Of a DNA stretch of 64,000 nt, positions 51,795 to 60,614 are shown one piece after another; position 1 is the first letter of the stretch; every line of letters starts with the position of its first letter. The DNA comes from Escherichia phage HildyBeyeler. The notes under the pieces were generated by a model. It worked only from the letters and a program-made list of their open reading frames with translations, made no database searches and was not told where the DNA came from. The stretch is taken from sequence record MZ501074; one strand, written 5' to 3'. The position numbers were made by a program, and so were the translations under genes.

Positions 51795-52234
51795 TAAAAA
51801 ACTTTATTAGTTCTCTATGGCAAGGTAAATGGTATATCCTGGGAGCAGGTCTAGCGATAGGCATCGGATTCGGTGCTTATCACTTAGTAGATAAAGTGGA
51901 GACTTTAGCAGGAGATCTTGCGGTAGCTACTAAAAAGATTTCTTCCCTAGAAACTTCCCTCAATAAGGTGAAAGCTGAAAGCGAACTTCGTGAGACTAGA
52001 ATGAATCAGTATTTCACAATGAATAATATTTCGCAAGCAGATCTAGACAAAAAGATTAAGCAGTTAGATAAAGCTCTTAGTCGCCAAGATATTATAGCTG
52101 CAAAGCCTGGATTGGTAACATTAATTGCTAAAAAGCAGAGTAAAGAATTTGAGGAGAGATTAGCATGTCTTTCTGGAAGTGTGGAATACTGCTCGCAGCC
52201 GCAATCACAATCACAGGCTGTGCACAAGAAATAA
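51791..52234 (+). CDS. membrane-anchored coiled-coil protein, candidate i-spanin (147 aa)
   Basis: N-terminal TM helix followed by a coiled coil; 3' end overlapped out of frame by a lipoprotein gene. Confidence 0.4.
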   Translation: MIKNFISSLWQGKWYILGAGLAIGIGFGAYHLVDKVETLAGDLAVATKKISSLETSLNKVKAESELRETRMNQYFTMNNISQADLDKKIKQLDKALSRQDIIAAKPGLVTLIAKKQSKEFEERLACLSGSVEYCSQPQSQSQAVHKK

Positions 52235-52518
52235 AGCCAGAGCCCTCTCATGAGCTACCAACAGCTCACGTAGATTGGCCTAAAGGACTTCAACCTTGTA
52301 GCTTTGACTTTAAGTTTGAAAAGAAAGTAGCTACAAATGGAGAAGAGGGCGTAGTAGTTGTTGTACCATATAAAGATTGGAATATGTTGGCAAAATGCCG
52401 TGAGGCAGAATATTCCTTTATTTCACGACTGACTAGTATGGTTTGCTTCTATCGCCAAGATTTACAAGAAAAACGTTGCTTAATTTACTATCCACCCATT
52501 AACAGTAGGAAAGATTAA
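52165..52518 (+). CDS. lipoprotein, candidate o-spanin (117 aa)
   Basis: Signal peptide with lipobox (AAAITITGC); GAGGAGAG RBS; starts inside the upstream gene in another frame. Confidence 0.4.
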   Translation: MSFWKCGILLAAAITITGCAQEIKPEPSHELPTAHVDWPKGLQPCSFDFKFEKKVATNGEEGVVVVVPYKDWNMLAKCREAEYSFISRLTSMVCFYRQDLQEKRCLIYYPPINSRKD

Positions 52519-53270
52519 TGTCAGTATTAGTAGGTTTACATGGCGAGGCAGGTGCAGGAAAAGATACCGTTGCAAAATTAATTATCGATTGGTGTAATGA
52601 CACGTATCCAACGTGTTTACCACGTCGTTACAGTTTTGCTAAACCAGTTTATGAGCTTGCATCCGTAATCCTCGGGGTAACTCCAGAGTTTCTAGGAGAG
52701 CGCAGGGGAAAAGAAATTGACCAATGGTTTACGGTCACACAATCTCAATTGGAGCGAGCTAGAGACGTATGGTTTAAATATGGTATCGATAAGTTTGAAG
52801 ACTTCTCGTACGTTTGGCCGATTTTTGAGGAAAAATATCTTAATCCTCAACAACTTATCTCAGAGAATAAAGAAGACGGACTTTATAGTTTATTTATTTC
52901 TCCGAGAAAAATGTTACAGCTCGTAGGAACAGAGCTAGGAAGGCAGCTGGTACATGAACGCATTTGGCTCATAATTCTGGAGCAATCCATCGCTAAAGAC
53001 GACCCAGATGTCGCCGTAATAACAGATGTGAGATTCCCCAATGAAGGAGAGTTACTCAGAGAAACGAACCATTTAGATATGGATTCTTTACTAATAAATG
53101 TAGTGCCCGCTGAGCAGAAGTTCACTATTAAATCAGATCATCCATCTGAAAGTGGTATTCCTACAAAATATATCACTCACGAATTAGTTAATAAATTCGA
53201 TGGTATCAATAACCTTAAACTAGAAGTGTATAACTTCTGTGACTTAGAGCTAGAACCACTAGTTGGATAA
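52518..53270 (+). CDS. dnk: deoxynucleoside monophosphate kinase (250 aa)
   Basis: P-loop GLHGEAGAGKDT; size matches my recollection of T5 dNMP kinase. Confidence 0.65.
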   Translation: MSVLVGLHGEAGAGKDTVAKLIIDWCNDTYPTCLPRRYSFAKPVYELASVILGVTPEFLGERRGKEIDQWFTVTQSQLERARDVWFKYGIDKFEDFSYVWPIFEEKYLNPQQLISENKEDGLYSLFISPRKMLQLVGTELGRQLVHERIWLIILEQSIAKDDPDVAVITDVRFPNEGELLRETNHLDMDSLLINVVPAEQKFTIKSDHPSESGIPTKYITHELVNKFDGINNLKLEVYNFCDLELEPLVG

Positions 53271-53282
53271 TCAAGGATTGCT

Positions 53283-53876
53283 ATGGCTAATAAAAAAGAA
53301 GAAAAGACTAACCTGTTTCACTCCATTCGCCAATCTAACGAGTATACCTTTTTCTTTGATGAAGAACTTGGTCCGCCTGATGAATACCGTGATTTATCAA
53401 TGGTACTTATGCAGGCAAATGAGGACGACGAAATTAATCTGATGATTAATGGCCCTGGTGGCTATGTTGATACCGCTGCACAGTTATCTAACTTAATTGC
53501 CAATTGCCGTGGAACAGTTATAGGACATCTGATTGGTCCTAGTGCTTCTGCTTATTGCACAATTTTCCTATCCTGTCATAGATGGGTAGTACATCCACAT
53601 GCTACGCTAATGGGACACACGTTCTCTGGCGGATTCTGTGAGAAAGGTCAAGAAATCAAGAAAGCCTATGAATCTTACAACAAGTTTGTAGAAGATATGA
53701 TGCTAGATGTCTACTATCCGTTCTTCTCAATAGATGAAATCGACGAGATGGTAAAAGACAACAAAAATATCTATCTAGATAGCAAGGAAATTCATAAGCG
53801 TATTGAAATCTTGGCAAAATATCGATCTGAGCAATATAATAAAGCCCAGTTACCTCAATCCTGGGGGCACAACTAA
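53283..53876 (+). CDS. ClpP-like serine peptidase (197 aa)
   Basis: INGPGGYV...GHLIGPSASAYCTIF resembles the ClpP/S14 core; terminator follows. Confidence 0.5.
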   Translation: MANKKEEKTNLFHSIRQSNEYTFFFDEELGPPDEYRDLSMVLMQANEDDEINLMINGPGGYVDTAAQLSNLIANCRGTVIGHLIGPSASAYCTIFLSCHRWVVHPHATLMGHTFSGGFCEKGQEIKKAYESYNKFVEDMMLDVYYPFFSIDEIDEMVKDNKNIYLDSKEIHKRIEILAKYRSEQYNKAQLPQSWGHN

Positions 53877-53892
53877 GAGTAAGTAGTTTTAA

Positions 53893-53925
53893 GCCAGGGT
53901 TTAACGACCCTGGCCTTTCTTTTAT
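53893..53925 (+). terminator. intrinsic terminator after the ClpP-like gene
   Basis: GCCAGGGT-TTAACG-ACCCTGGC hairpin followed by CTTTCTTTT. Confidence 0.7.
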
Positions 53926-53986
53926 CTAAAATTCTTCTTGACAACGACATAATTTTGTGCTCCAAGTGTAACGTTTAAAAACCAAT

Positions 53987-54015
53987 TGAAATTTTCCTCC
54001 AAAATTAGTATAATG
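53987..54015 (+). promoter_or_regulatory. sigma70 promoter (TTGAAA, 17 bp, TATAAT) for the lysis genes
   Basis: Follows terminator 53893-53925; precedes the holin start. Confidence 0.55.
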
Positions 54016-54039
54016 GTACTGGTTAGAGGAGGTTACAAA

Positions 54040-54696
54040 TTGGAAAAGTTCTTACAATTATTAACAGTACTGCTCCAAGAAGCGAAAGACCCAGCATCGC
54101 TTCTTAAACGTCTGCTAACTATCTTAGTTGCTGTCATTATTTTCTTATTTGTTAGTAATACTAGTGAGGTGATGTCATTCTTAAAGACTTTCTCCACGTC
54201 TGCGGTTCTACAGGATGTTCAAACTCAAAGGATAAGTAATTTTCCTAACGTAGCTAGAGAAAAGAGCATGGTGCTTTTTTCCCAAACGGGTGCGGATGCT
54301 GTTTTTGTAGTCAAGTATAAACCCGATGCCATTAATGATTATTCTAACATTATTGCATGGGAAAGCAATGCGCAATTAGATAGGGCTGACTTGGCTGATA
54401 AAGCGGTAAATAAGACGTCTGAGCTATATAGACGTCACTTAGACGGCTTTAACTACGCATCGGATTTAAGTGTAAAAGTAAATAAATACATGGGGTTAAA
54501 TATACCTGCGTTTAAGAACGTTACTTTTAATTACATATACACTTGTCCGTATTTCAATCTAAACAATATCTATGCTGGATATATTGGTATTGCTTGGAAA
54601 GATAATCCTGTAGATACAGCTGATTCTGAACAGTTCAAGGAATATTTAGCAAAGCTCTGTTCCCCACAACAGAGATCTTTAGGTAGGTCAATATGA
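54040..54696 (+). CDS. hol: putative holin (~218 aa), TTG start
   Basis: AGGAGG RBS 7 nt before the TTG; N-terminal TM segment; immediately upstream of and coupled to the endolysin gene. Confidence 0.5.
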   Translation: MEKFLQLLTVLLQEAKDPASLLKRLLTILVAVIIFLFVSNTSEVMSFLKTFSTSAVLQDVQTQRISNFPNVAREKSMVLFSQTGADAVFVVKYKPDAINDYSNIIAWESNAQLDRADLADKAVNKTSELYRRHLDGFNYASDLSVKVNKYMGLNIPAFKNVTFNYIYTCPYFNLNNIYAGYIGIAWKDNPVDTADSEQFKEYLAKLCSPQQRSLGRSI

Positions 54697-55106
54697 GTTT
54701 TAAATTTAGTAAAAGAAGTTTAGATAGATTAAAGGGTGTTCATCCAGATTTAGTAAAAGTAACTCATAGAGCTTTAGAATTAAGCCCATATGATTTTACT
54801 ATTACAGAAGGATTACGTTCCTTAGAACAAAGCGCCCAAAATATTAAGAATGGAACCTCGTTTTTAAAAGACCCGAGCAAGTCAAAACACGTACAAGGGC
54901 TGGCTGTTGACTTTGCTCCTCTTAAAAATGGGGAGATTGATTGGAATGATTTAGAATCATTCAAATTAGTGGCAGATGCCTTCTTTAAGGCAGCAGAAGA
55001 GCTAGGAGTAAAGATTAGATGGGGTGGTGATTGGAACCAGAACGGAAGTTATAAGGATGAAATCCAACGTGGTACTTTTGATGGCCCACATATAGAATTG
55101 ATTTAA
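54693..55106 (+). CDS. lys: endolysin, L-alanyl-D-glutamate peptidase (137 aa)
   Basis: M15-family zinc-peptidase signature (HVQGLAVDF, WGGDW); 137 aa as in T5 endolysin. Confidence 0.75.
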   Translation: MSFKFSKRSLDRLKGVHPDLVKVTHRALELSPYDFTITEGLRSLEQSAQNIKNGTSFLKDPSKSKHVQGLAVDFAPLKNGEIDWNDLESFKLVADAFFKAAEELGVKIRWGGDWNQNGSYKDEIQRGTFDGPHIELI

Positions 55107-55181
55107 GTAAAATACGGCGGGAATACTCCCGCCTTTTTAGGCAAAGGGGGCTTTAATAACTTTTGAAGATAGGAGAAAGCC

Positions 55182-55598
55182 ATGTTTGCAGAACTATTCA
55201 CTACGATGCTGCTAGGTATCTGGAAAATAAGTCTAGTAGTATTCGTTTTAATAATAGTCTTTACTATCCTTGCACTAACTACCAGAAATATCTTATTAAT
55301 AAAGATTACTCATGGACTAGAGTATATAATTATGGGTTCATTCGGCGTTTGTAAATGCAATTGCCATAGAGATACGAAATATTGTTGGTTATGGATGGAA
55401 CTAGAGAATCCTATATCCATAGCTTTGGCTGTTTCATTCGGTATGATTCTTATGGCCCTTACTCTAGCATTAATACCTTTGATGTTAGCTGGGGGAGTTA
55501 CAGCGTATTTCACCCTTTTATCCCCGATACTTATGTACTCAATTTACCCAATAACTATGTATCTAGTTAGGAAAAGATTTATACATGCAGTAGATTAA
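55182..55598 (+). CDS. hypothetical multi-pass membrane protein (138 aa)
   Basis: AGGAGAAAG RBS; several hydrophobic helices. Confidence 0.5.
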   Translation: MFAELFTTMLLGIWKISLVVFVLIIVFTILALTTRNILLIKITHGLEYIIMGSFGVCKCNCHRDTKYCWLWMELENPISIALAVSFGMILMALTLALIPLMLAGGVTAYFTLLSPILMYSIYPITMYLVRKRFIHAVD

Positions 55599-55611
55599 GA
55601 TAAAAAAGTAG

Positions 55612-55640
55612 TTGACTTTTAGCCCTAGTTATTATATAAT
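55612..55640 (+). promoter_or_regulatory. sigma70 promoter (TTGACT, 17 bp, TATAAT)
   Basis: Hexamers plus ATATACATAAATTAGTTAAGAGAGG box. Confidence 0.65.
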
Positions 55641-55673
55641 ATATACATAAATTAGTTAAGAGAGGTATATATT

Positions 55674-56081
55674 ATGTCTGATCGTTTCTATACTCAAATG
55701 GCGGAACATTATAACATGGCTCCATATGAGTTGAACATCGCATTACGTGACCTCGATTCACCAGAGCGTAAAAAACTTGAGAAGAAGGCAGGAACTACTA
55801 TGTCTAAAGGCAAAAAGTTAACTCGTCTTGATCTTAATAAAATTTTAACTGAACTTTTGGGTACTGATATTGAAGGTGCTAAATTACCGCTTCTTGTACT
55901 AGAGACTATGATTAAAAAGGTCAAAAATAAAGAATATAAGAAGGTAGAAGTCCCAGAAGGCAGATTAAAGGCTCCTTATCAGGAAGCATTAACCGAGTGT
56001 TTGGGTGTAAATCTTGATCTGAGCACCGCAACCGTAAAAACTATGAAAAACTTCTTAGAGGCCATTAATAACTATGAGTAA
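55674..56081 (+). CDS. hypothetical protein (135 aa)
   Basis: Promoter 55612-55640 and GAGAGG RBS. Confidence 0.55.
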   Translation: MSDRFYTQMAEHYNMAPYELNIALRDLDSPERKKLEKKAGTTMSKGKKLTRLDLNKILTELLGTDIEGAKLPLLVLETMIKKVKNKEYKKVEVPEGRLKAPYQEALTECLGVNLDLSTATVKTMKNFLEAINNYE

Positions 56082-56364
56082 ATTAGTATATCTATTAAAA
56101 GGTTCCACGTGTCGTCCTTGTGCTCTTTTCGAGCCAGTATTTGATAAAGTAGTCAATGAGTATAATTTGGAAGTCCATAAAGAGACTGATAATACAGAAT
56201 TAATGCAGAAATTTGGCGTACGCCAAGTTCCTGTAGTAGTTCTGGCGGATCGCTTACCTAATGGTCGAGTAGAAGCTAATCATATTTTGATTGGACGTCA
56301 GCTTCGTAAAGAAACTATGCACGAAGCTATTAAAAATTTCCTGGATGATAATCCAGAAGGTTAA
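56074..56364 (+). CDS. thioredoxin-fold protein (96 aa)
   Basis: CxxC redox motif STCRPCALF; terminator follows. Confidence 0.5.
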   Translation: MSKLVYLLKGSTCRPCALFEPVFDKVVNEYNLEVHKETDNTELMQKFGVRQVPVVVLADRLPNGRVEANHILIGRQLRKETMHEAIKNFLDDNPEG

Positions 56365-56370
56365 TAAACC

Positions 56371-56403
56371 AAGCCTGATCTTAGCGGATCAGGCTTTTAT
56401 TTT
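56371..56403 (+). terminator. intrinsic terminator after the thioredoxin-fold gene
   Basis: AGCCTGATC-TTAGCG-GATCAGGCT hairpin followed by TTTATTTT. Confidence 0.7.
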
Positions 56404-56405
56404 AC

Positions 56406-56434
56406 TTGCTTTTTGCTAAAAATTTTGGTATAAT
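56406..56434 (+). promoter_or_regulatory. sigma70 promoter (TTGCTT, 17 bp, TATAAT)
   Basis: Follows terminator 56371-56403; downstream ACTTATATAAATTGATAAGAAGG box. Confidence 0.65.
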
Positions 56435-56491
56435 ACTTATATAAATTGATAAGAAGGCTATCTACGCACTACAAAAAATAGGAGTATTCCA

Positions 56492-56869
56492 ATGAACTAT
56501 GCATATCTAATTATTAATAATAACGTAGTTTGTGGTACTCGCGCTGTTGAGATGGGTATTACAGAAGAAGAGTATAAGTCACTTCCAGAAAAGGAACAAC
56601 AATATTATGTTGAAGAAGCTGCTTGGGAGTATGCTGAGGTTTATCCCGAACAACGTGAAGATCGCGTTACTATTGTTGTTTCTTTGGGGCTGGTTGGCTG
56701 TGATACCGAAGTTGATACAGACCTAGAGACTTTAGAGGAGTGGGAAGAGTTAGATATTTCAGCTAAAAACTCCTTAATCCGTGAAGCCTTTTGGGAAGCT
56801 GTAGATTGCCACGTAGTATTTGAGCCTAATGATGAAGAGGCTGAAAAACATACTAACCATTGGAGATAA
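56492..56869 (+). CDS. hypothetical acidic protein (125 aa)
   Basis: Promoter and AGGAG RBS. Confidence 0.5.
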   Translation: MNYAYLIINNNVVCGTRAVEMGITEEEYKSLPEKEQQYYVEEAAWEYAEVYPEQREDRVTIVVSLGLVGCDTEVDTDLETLEEWEELDISAKNSLIREAFWEAVDCHVVFEPNDEEAEKHTNHWR

Positions 56870-56873
56870 TTAA

Positions 56874-57119
56874 ATGTTAGCAGAGCGAGCAAAACGTTTA
56901 GCTAGGGTTAATAGAGCTGCTCTTCTCAAGAGCAGGAAGAAATCATATAAGTATGTTAAAAGACGGATTATAGCTTCTGTAGAGGCTGGAGGTTCTTATG
57001 TGCAGTTTAACCGTGACGAAATTAGTTATGAAGCTATAAAAGCCCTCAATAAAGATGGTTATACTCTCAAACTATCTAATGAGTATGGCACAACTATTTT
57101 AACTGTTATTTGGGAATAA
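56874..57119 (+). CDS. hypothetical protein (81 aa)
   Basis: ORF track. Confidence 0.45.
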   Translation: MLAERAKRLARVNRAALLKSRKKSYKYVKRRIIASVEAGGSYVQFNRDEISYEAIKALNKDGYTLKLSNEYGTTILTVIWE

Positions 57120-57121
57120 TT

Positions 57122-57973
57122 ATGAAAAAAGAATTTAATGTACATAAAACTCTAGTAGTGCCAGATGATGCCAACTTGTTTTTCGTTGGTGATATTCATG
57201 GGTGCAACGATTTGCTAGAAGATGCACTACAATTAGCTGGCTATAACGGCAAGAAAGATTGCGTTGTATGCGTAGGGGATTTAATTGACCGAGGCACGCA
57301 GAACCTACAAGTTTTAGCCAAATTCCTGTATAATCCACGCTTTATCAGTGTCCGTGGTAATCATGACCAATTTATGATTGTGGGAGATTGGGCTAACTGG
57401 ATGTATAACGGTGGTATGTGGGCTATGAATGAACTAGATGCAGATACCATTAAAAATATTGCCGAAGACATGGCTGAAAAAATGCCAGTATTCCTAACTG
57501 TTAAACATCGTGGCAAGAAGTATGGTGTTGTTCACGGTGCGGTTCCCTACAGGCATAAAGGGGATAATAACATATCTAAAATCCCAAATTGGGACACTCT
57601 TATTCTGGAGGCAGAGCAGGCCAAAGGGCTTGATTTAGCAGATATTATAGACGATGCTCTATGGGATAGGGATGTGATCCAAGATGTATTTTCCCATATG
57701 TCTGAGGATGCTGACCACCCGTATTTTCAAAGATATGCTGGACTTCCAGAAAACTTAATTAATCACATTCCTAAGGTAGAAGGAGTAGAATTCGTATTTC
57801 ACGGGCATACTGGAGTTCCTTACCCAATATTATATAAGAACCGTGTCTATCTTGATACTGGCGGTGTTTTCAACGGGCAGTTGACGGTTGCGCAGGTTAA
57901 TGATGAAACTGGCAAAATCACCACATTTACCACAGACAAAAATGATAGCTGCGGTGTACAGAGGGTTCTTTAA
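57122..57973 (+). CDS. Ser/Thr protein phosphatase, calcineurin-like (~283 aa)
   Basis: Metallophosphoesterase motifs GDIHG, GDLIDRG, GNHD. Confidence 0.75.
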   Translation: MKKEFNVHKTLVVPDDANLFFVGDIHGCNDLLEDALQLAGYNGKKDCVVCVGDLIDRGTQNLQVLAKFLYNPRFISVRGNHDQFMIVGDWANWMYNGGMWAMNELDADTIKNIAEDMAEKMPVFLTVKHRGKKYGVVHGAVPYRHKGDNNISKIPNWDTLILEAEQAKGLDLADIIDDALWDRDVIQDVFSHMSEDADHPYFQRYAGLPENLINHIPKVEGVEFVFHGHTGVPYPILYKNRVYLDTGGVFNGQLTVAQVNDETGKITTFTTDKNDSCGVQRVL

Positions 57974-58260
57974 TGAATGATAGAATGAAAGAAGTACAAG
58001 AAGAGTTACGAGCAATGCGTATTGATGCCCTTCGTTGGAGGGCATTAGTTAATGCTTTCGTAAAAGGAGATACCGGAGTAATATATTCTGGAATAGCAGT
58101 CAATTTTTGTTTTAATTCTCCTGCTGAAATAGAGATAGAAACAAGGCTTACTACCTTCCTTAATGAGGTAGACCTTAAGGAAGGAGAGACTCCCGAGGAG
58201 TTTAAAACTAGAGTATTAACTACCTGGGTTGATAATTTAATACAAAAAAGGAGTAAGTGA
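57973..58260 (+). CDS. hypothetical protein (95 aa)
   Basis: ORF track; coupled to flanking genes. Confidence 0.45.
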   Translation: MNDRMKEVQEELRAMRIDALRWRALVNAFVKGDTGVIYSGIAVNFCFNSPAEIEIETRLTTFLNEVDLKEGETPEEFKTRVLTTWVDNLIQKRSK

Positions 58261-58850
58261 TGAGGGTTAAATTCTGGTCAGACTTGCACTTAGACCACCC
58301 TGGAGCACTACGTTTCCGTCCGTGGTTTAAGAACATGAAAGAGCACGATGAGTATATTCTAGATACTTTGTCCAAGCATATTGGTAAACGAACAAAACTT
58401 ATTTTGCTAGGAGATATTGCAGTAGGTCGTGAAGGTCTGGCCAAATTAAAGTCGGTTATCCACAATGTCCCTAATCAACTCATTATGGGTAATCATGATG
58501 CGGAGCGTCAAGGACTGAGTATTAGGGACTTAGCGGAAGTTTATGACGATATTCAAGCTCTAGGCAAACAGACTGGAGGTGGCAAAAAGTTTTGGCTATC
58601 TCATTGCCCTTTGCACCCCAATGAGCTTCGGGGCAAATTAAATATTCACGGACACGTACATGCTACTTCTATACGTGACCCTCGTTACATCAATGTCTCA
58701 TTTGAAATGAGCAAAACTCCTATTCCTCTAGAAGATATTGTATCAGGTAAGTTTACTAGCTATGATAGAGTAGTTAATTGTACTACTGGCGAAGTATTAC
58801 AAATAGGGGAAGATGTAGCTGCTGTATTACGTGGCGATATAAATGTCTAA
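58260..58850 (+). CDS. calcineurin-like metallophosphoesterase (~196 aa)
   Basis: DLHLDHPG, LGDIAVG, GNHD motifs; AGGAG RBS before the ATG at 58260. Confidence 0.6.
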   Translation: MRVKFWSDLHLDHPGALRFRPWFKNMKEHDEYILDTLSKHIGKRTKLILLGDIAVGREGLAKLKSVIHNVPNQLIMGNHDAERQGLSIRDLAEVYDDIQALGKQTGGGKKFWLSHCPLHPNELRGKLNIHGHVHATSIRDPRYINVSFEMSKTPIPLEDIVSGKFTSYDRVVNCTTGEVLQIGEDVAAVLRGDINV

Positions 58851-58965
58851 GTATATAGCTGGGGCTATAATTAAACGAGTCATACAAGCAGTAGCAATAC
58901 TTATAATCATTTGTATTGCTATTGGTACAGGACTAGGCATTTTAATTAAAAGTTTTATTTGCTAA
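58843..58965 (+). CDS. small hydrophobic peptide (40 aa)
   Basis: ATG overlaps the upstream stop; predicted single TM helix; 3' end overlaps the -35 of promoter 58959-58987. Confidence 0.3.
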   Translation: MSKYIAGAIIKRVIQAVAILIIICIAIGTGLGILIKSFIC

Positions 58966-58987
58966 AATGCCTAAGTTTCTGTATAAT
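58959..58987 (+). promoter_or_regulatory. sigma70 promoter (TTGCTA, 17 bp, TATAAT)
   Basis: Hexamers plus TACTTTATAAATTGATGAGAGGG box. Confidence 0.7.
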
Positions 58988-59017
58988 TACTTTATAAATT
59001 GATGAGAGGGAAACAAA

Positions 59018-59449
59018 ATGAACAAAGTAGATAAAGCTCTAGTTTTTGCAGCAGCAGATAAGTTTGAACAAGTTAAAGCTACTTTCCGAACCCTGTTCCA
59101 GTCTTACGTTCAGGATAAGTCTAATCCTATTTCTGAACGCTTGATGGTTTGGGAGTGTCATGCTTGCAATGCCTTGCTAATTGCTGATTACCGTAGTGAT
59201 ATAGATAAAGATCTTTGTGAAATCCTTATCCCCGAGGAAGCAGAACGTTATCAGTTAATCTCTTTTCAAGATTTAGCAGAACAGATCATCCCTGATGATC
59301 TTTGGGACAAGTATTATGGTGATCCTGAAGACGAAGGAATGACTCCAGAAGCATGTATTGAACTGATCTGCAAAGATCATCCTGAAATTGCAGAAAAATT
59401 TGAGAAAGTTTTTGTTTCTGAGTTCTCCGGTGTTGTTAACGATTGGTAA
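59018..59449 (+). CDS. hypothetical acidic protein (143 aa)
   Basis: Promoter 58959-58987 and GAGAGGGA RBS. Confidence 0.55.
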   Translation: MNKVDKALVFAAADKFEQVKATFRTLFQSYVQDKSNPISERLMVWECHACNALLIADYRSDIDKDLCEILIPEEAERYQLISFQDLAEQIIPDDLWDKYYGDPEDEGMTPEACIELICKDHPEIAEKFEKVFVSEFSGVVNDW

Positions 59450-59466
59450 GTAATTAAAAAATTCAG

Positions 59467-59495
59467 TTGCTTCAAGCCTTAAAATTCTGTATAAT
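59467..59495 (+). promoter_or_regulatory. sigma70 promoter (TTGCTT, 17 bp, TATAAT)
   Basis: Hexamers plus AGTTCATAAATTAATGAGAGAGG box. Confidence 0.7.
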
Positions 59496-59527
59496 AAGTT
59501 CATAAATTAATGAGAGAGGAAATTCTA

Positions 59528-59806
59528 ATGGAAAACATGACTAAAGACTTCGACGCCTCTAACCTTACCAAGACTGAAATGGCCAATGTATTAGCAATTC
59601 TCCTCGACATGCAAGGATTTGAGGGGCAACTGATGAAAATGTCTATTCCGGCGATGAAGAAGATGTATGATTCTCTTAACAAGAACGCCATGGCCTTTAA
59701 CTTAGCAAAACAAGAGGCACGCTTTGCTAAGGAGCACCAAGCAGTGGCAGAACGCCGAGCAGCTAGCTTTGAGCGTGAAGTTAAGCAATTAAAGAAAAAA
59801 TGCTAA
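59528..59806 (+). CDS. hypothetical protein (~92 aa)
   Basis: GAGAGAGGA RBS before the ATG at 59528; the track start at 59510 lies inside the conserved promoter box. Confidence 0.5.
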   Translation: MENMTKDFDASNLTKTEMANVLAILLDMQGFEGQLMKMSIPAMKKMYDSLNKNAMAFNLAKQEARFAKEHQAVAERRAASFEREVKQLKKKC

Positions 59807-60336
59807 CACAAGAAAGATTAAAAGAGCTATTTGAATACCGCCCGGAAACGGGCGAGTTTATTAGATTAGTAAGTATAGGTAATCAAAAAGCTGGTAGTAC
59901 TGCTGGCTGTCTAAGAAAGACTGGGTATATAGAAATAAGAGTAGATAAAGTAGGCTACAAAGCACATCGACTAGCCTTCCTCTATATGGAAGGTTATATT
60001 CCCGAAGTAATAGACCACGTAAATCGTATACGGAGTGATAATAGGTGGGCTAACCTTAGAGAATCTAATAACCAAGAAAATTCTAGAAATAGAACAGCAA
60101 GGAGCAAATCATGGTATTTGGGAATCTTTTGGCATAAACAAAAGCAAAAATGGGAAGTAAGGGTTGTAGATTCGTACAAAAAGTTAGTGCATGGTGGGTA
60201 TTTTGATTTTCTAGATCTAGAATTAGCGGTTCAAAGAGCTAATGAACTACGTTTAGAACTACATGGGCCTAACGCTGTTATAGAAACTTTTGATCATACA
60301 AAACCCTTACCTACTTTAGAGGAATTAAATAAATGA
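59800..60336 (+). CDS. HNH homing endonuclease (178 aa)
   Basis: HNH motif IDHVNRIRSDNRWANLR and AP2-like GIFWHKQKQKWEVRV. Confidence 0.8.
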   Translation: MLTQERLKELFEYRPETGEFIRLVSIGNQKAGSTAGCLRKTGYIEIRVDKVGYKAHRLAFLYMEGYIPEVIDHVNRIRSDNRWANLRESNNQENSRNRTARSKSWYLGIFWHKQKQKWEVRVVDSYKKLVHGGYFDFLDLELAVQRANELRLELHGPNAVIETFDHTKPLPTLEELNK

Positions 60337-60614
60337 TTACAGAAATTCTTATTGGGTTACTAGTTCTTACTACACTAGTAGCGATTGGCGGAGTTATTGG
60401 GATTGTGAATGCACGAAAAAACATGGAAAATATGCTCATTACTAATGATGGGCTACACCACCGCTTGCTAGAGCAAGAGCAGGATATTGAACTAGCACAG
60501 AGACGCTCAGATATTCTTAAAGAAAAATTAAATAATATAGAAGCAATAGTTGGGAATAATAAATTACCTGCTAAAGTAATGCGTACACAGATAATTACGG
60601 AGATTAAAAAATGA
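60333..60614 (+). CDS. hypothetical membrane protein (93 aa)
   Basis: N-terminal TM helix; ATGA overlap with the upstream gene. Confidence 0.45.
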   Translation: MITEILIGLLVLTTLVAIGGVIGIVNARKNMENMLITNDGLHHRLLEQEQDIELAQRRSDILKEKLNNIEAIVGNNKLPAKVMRTQIITEIKK

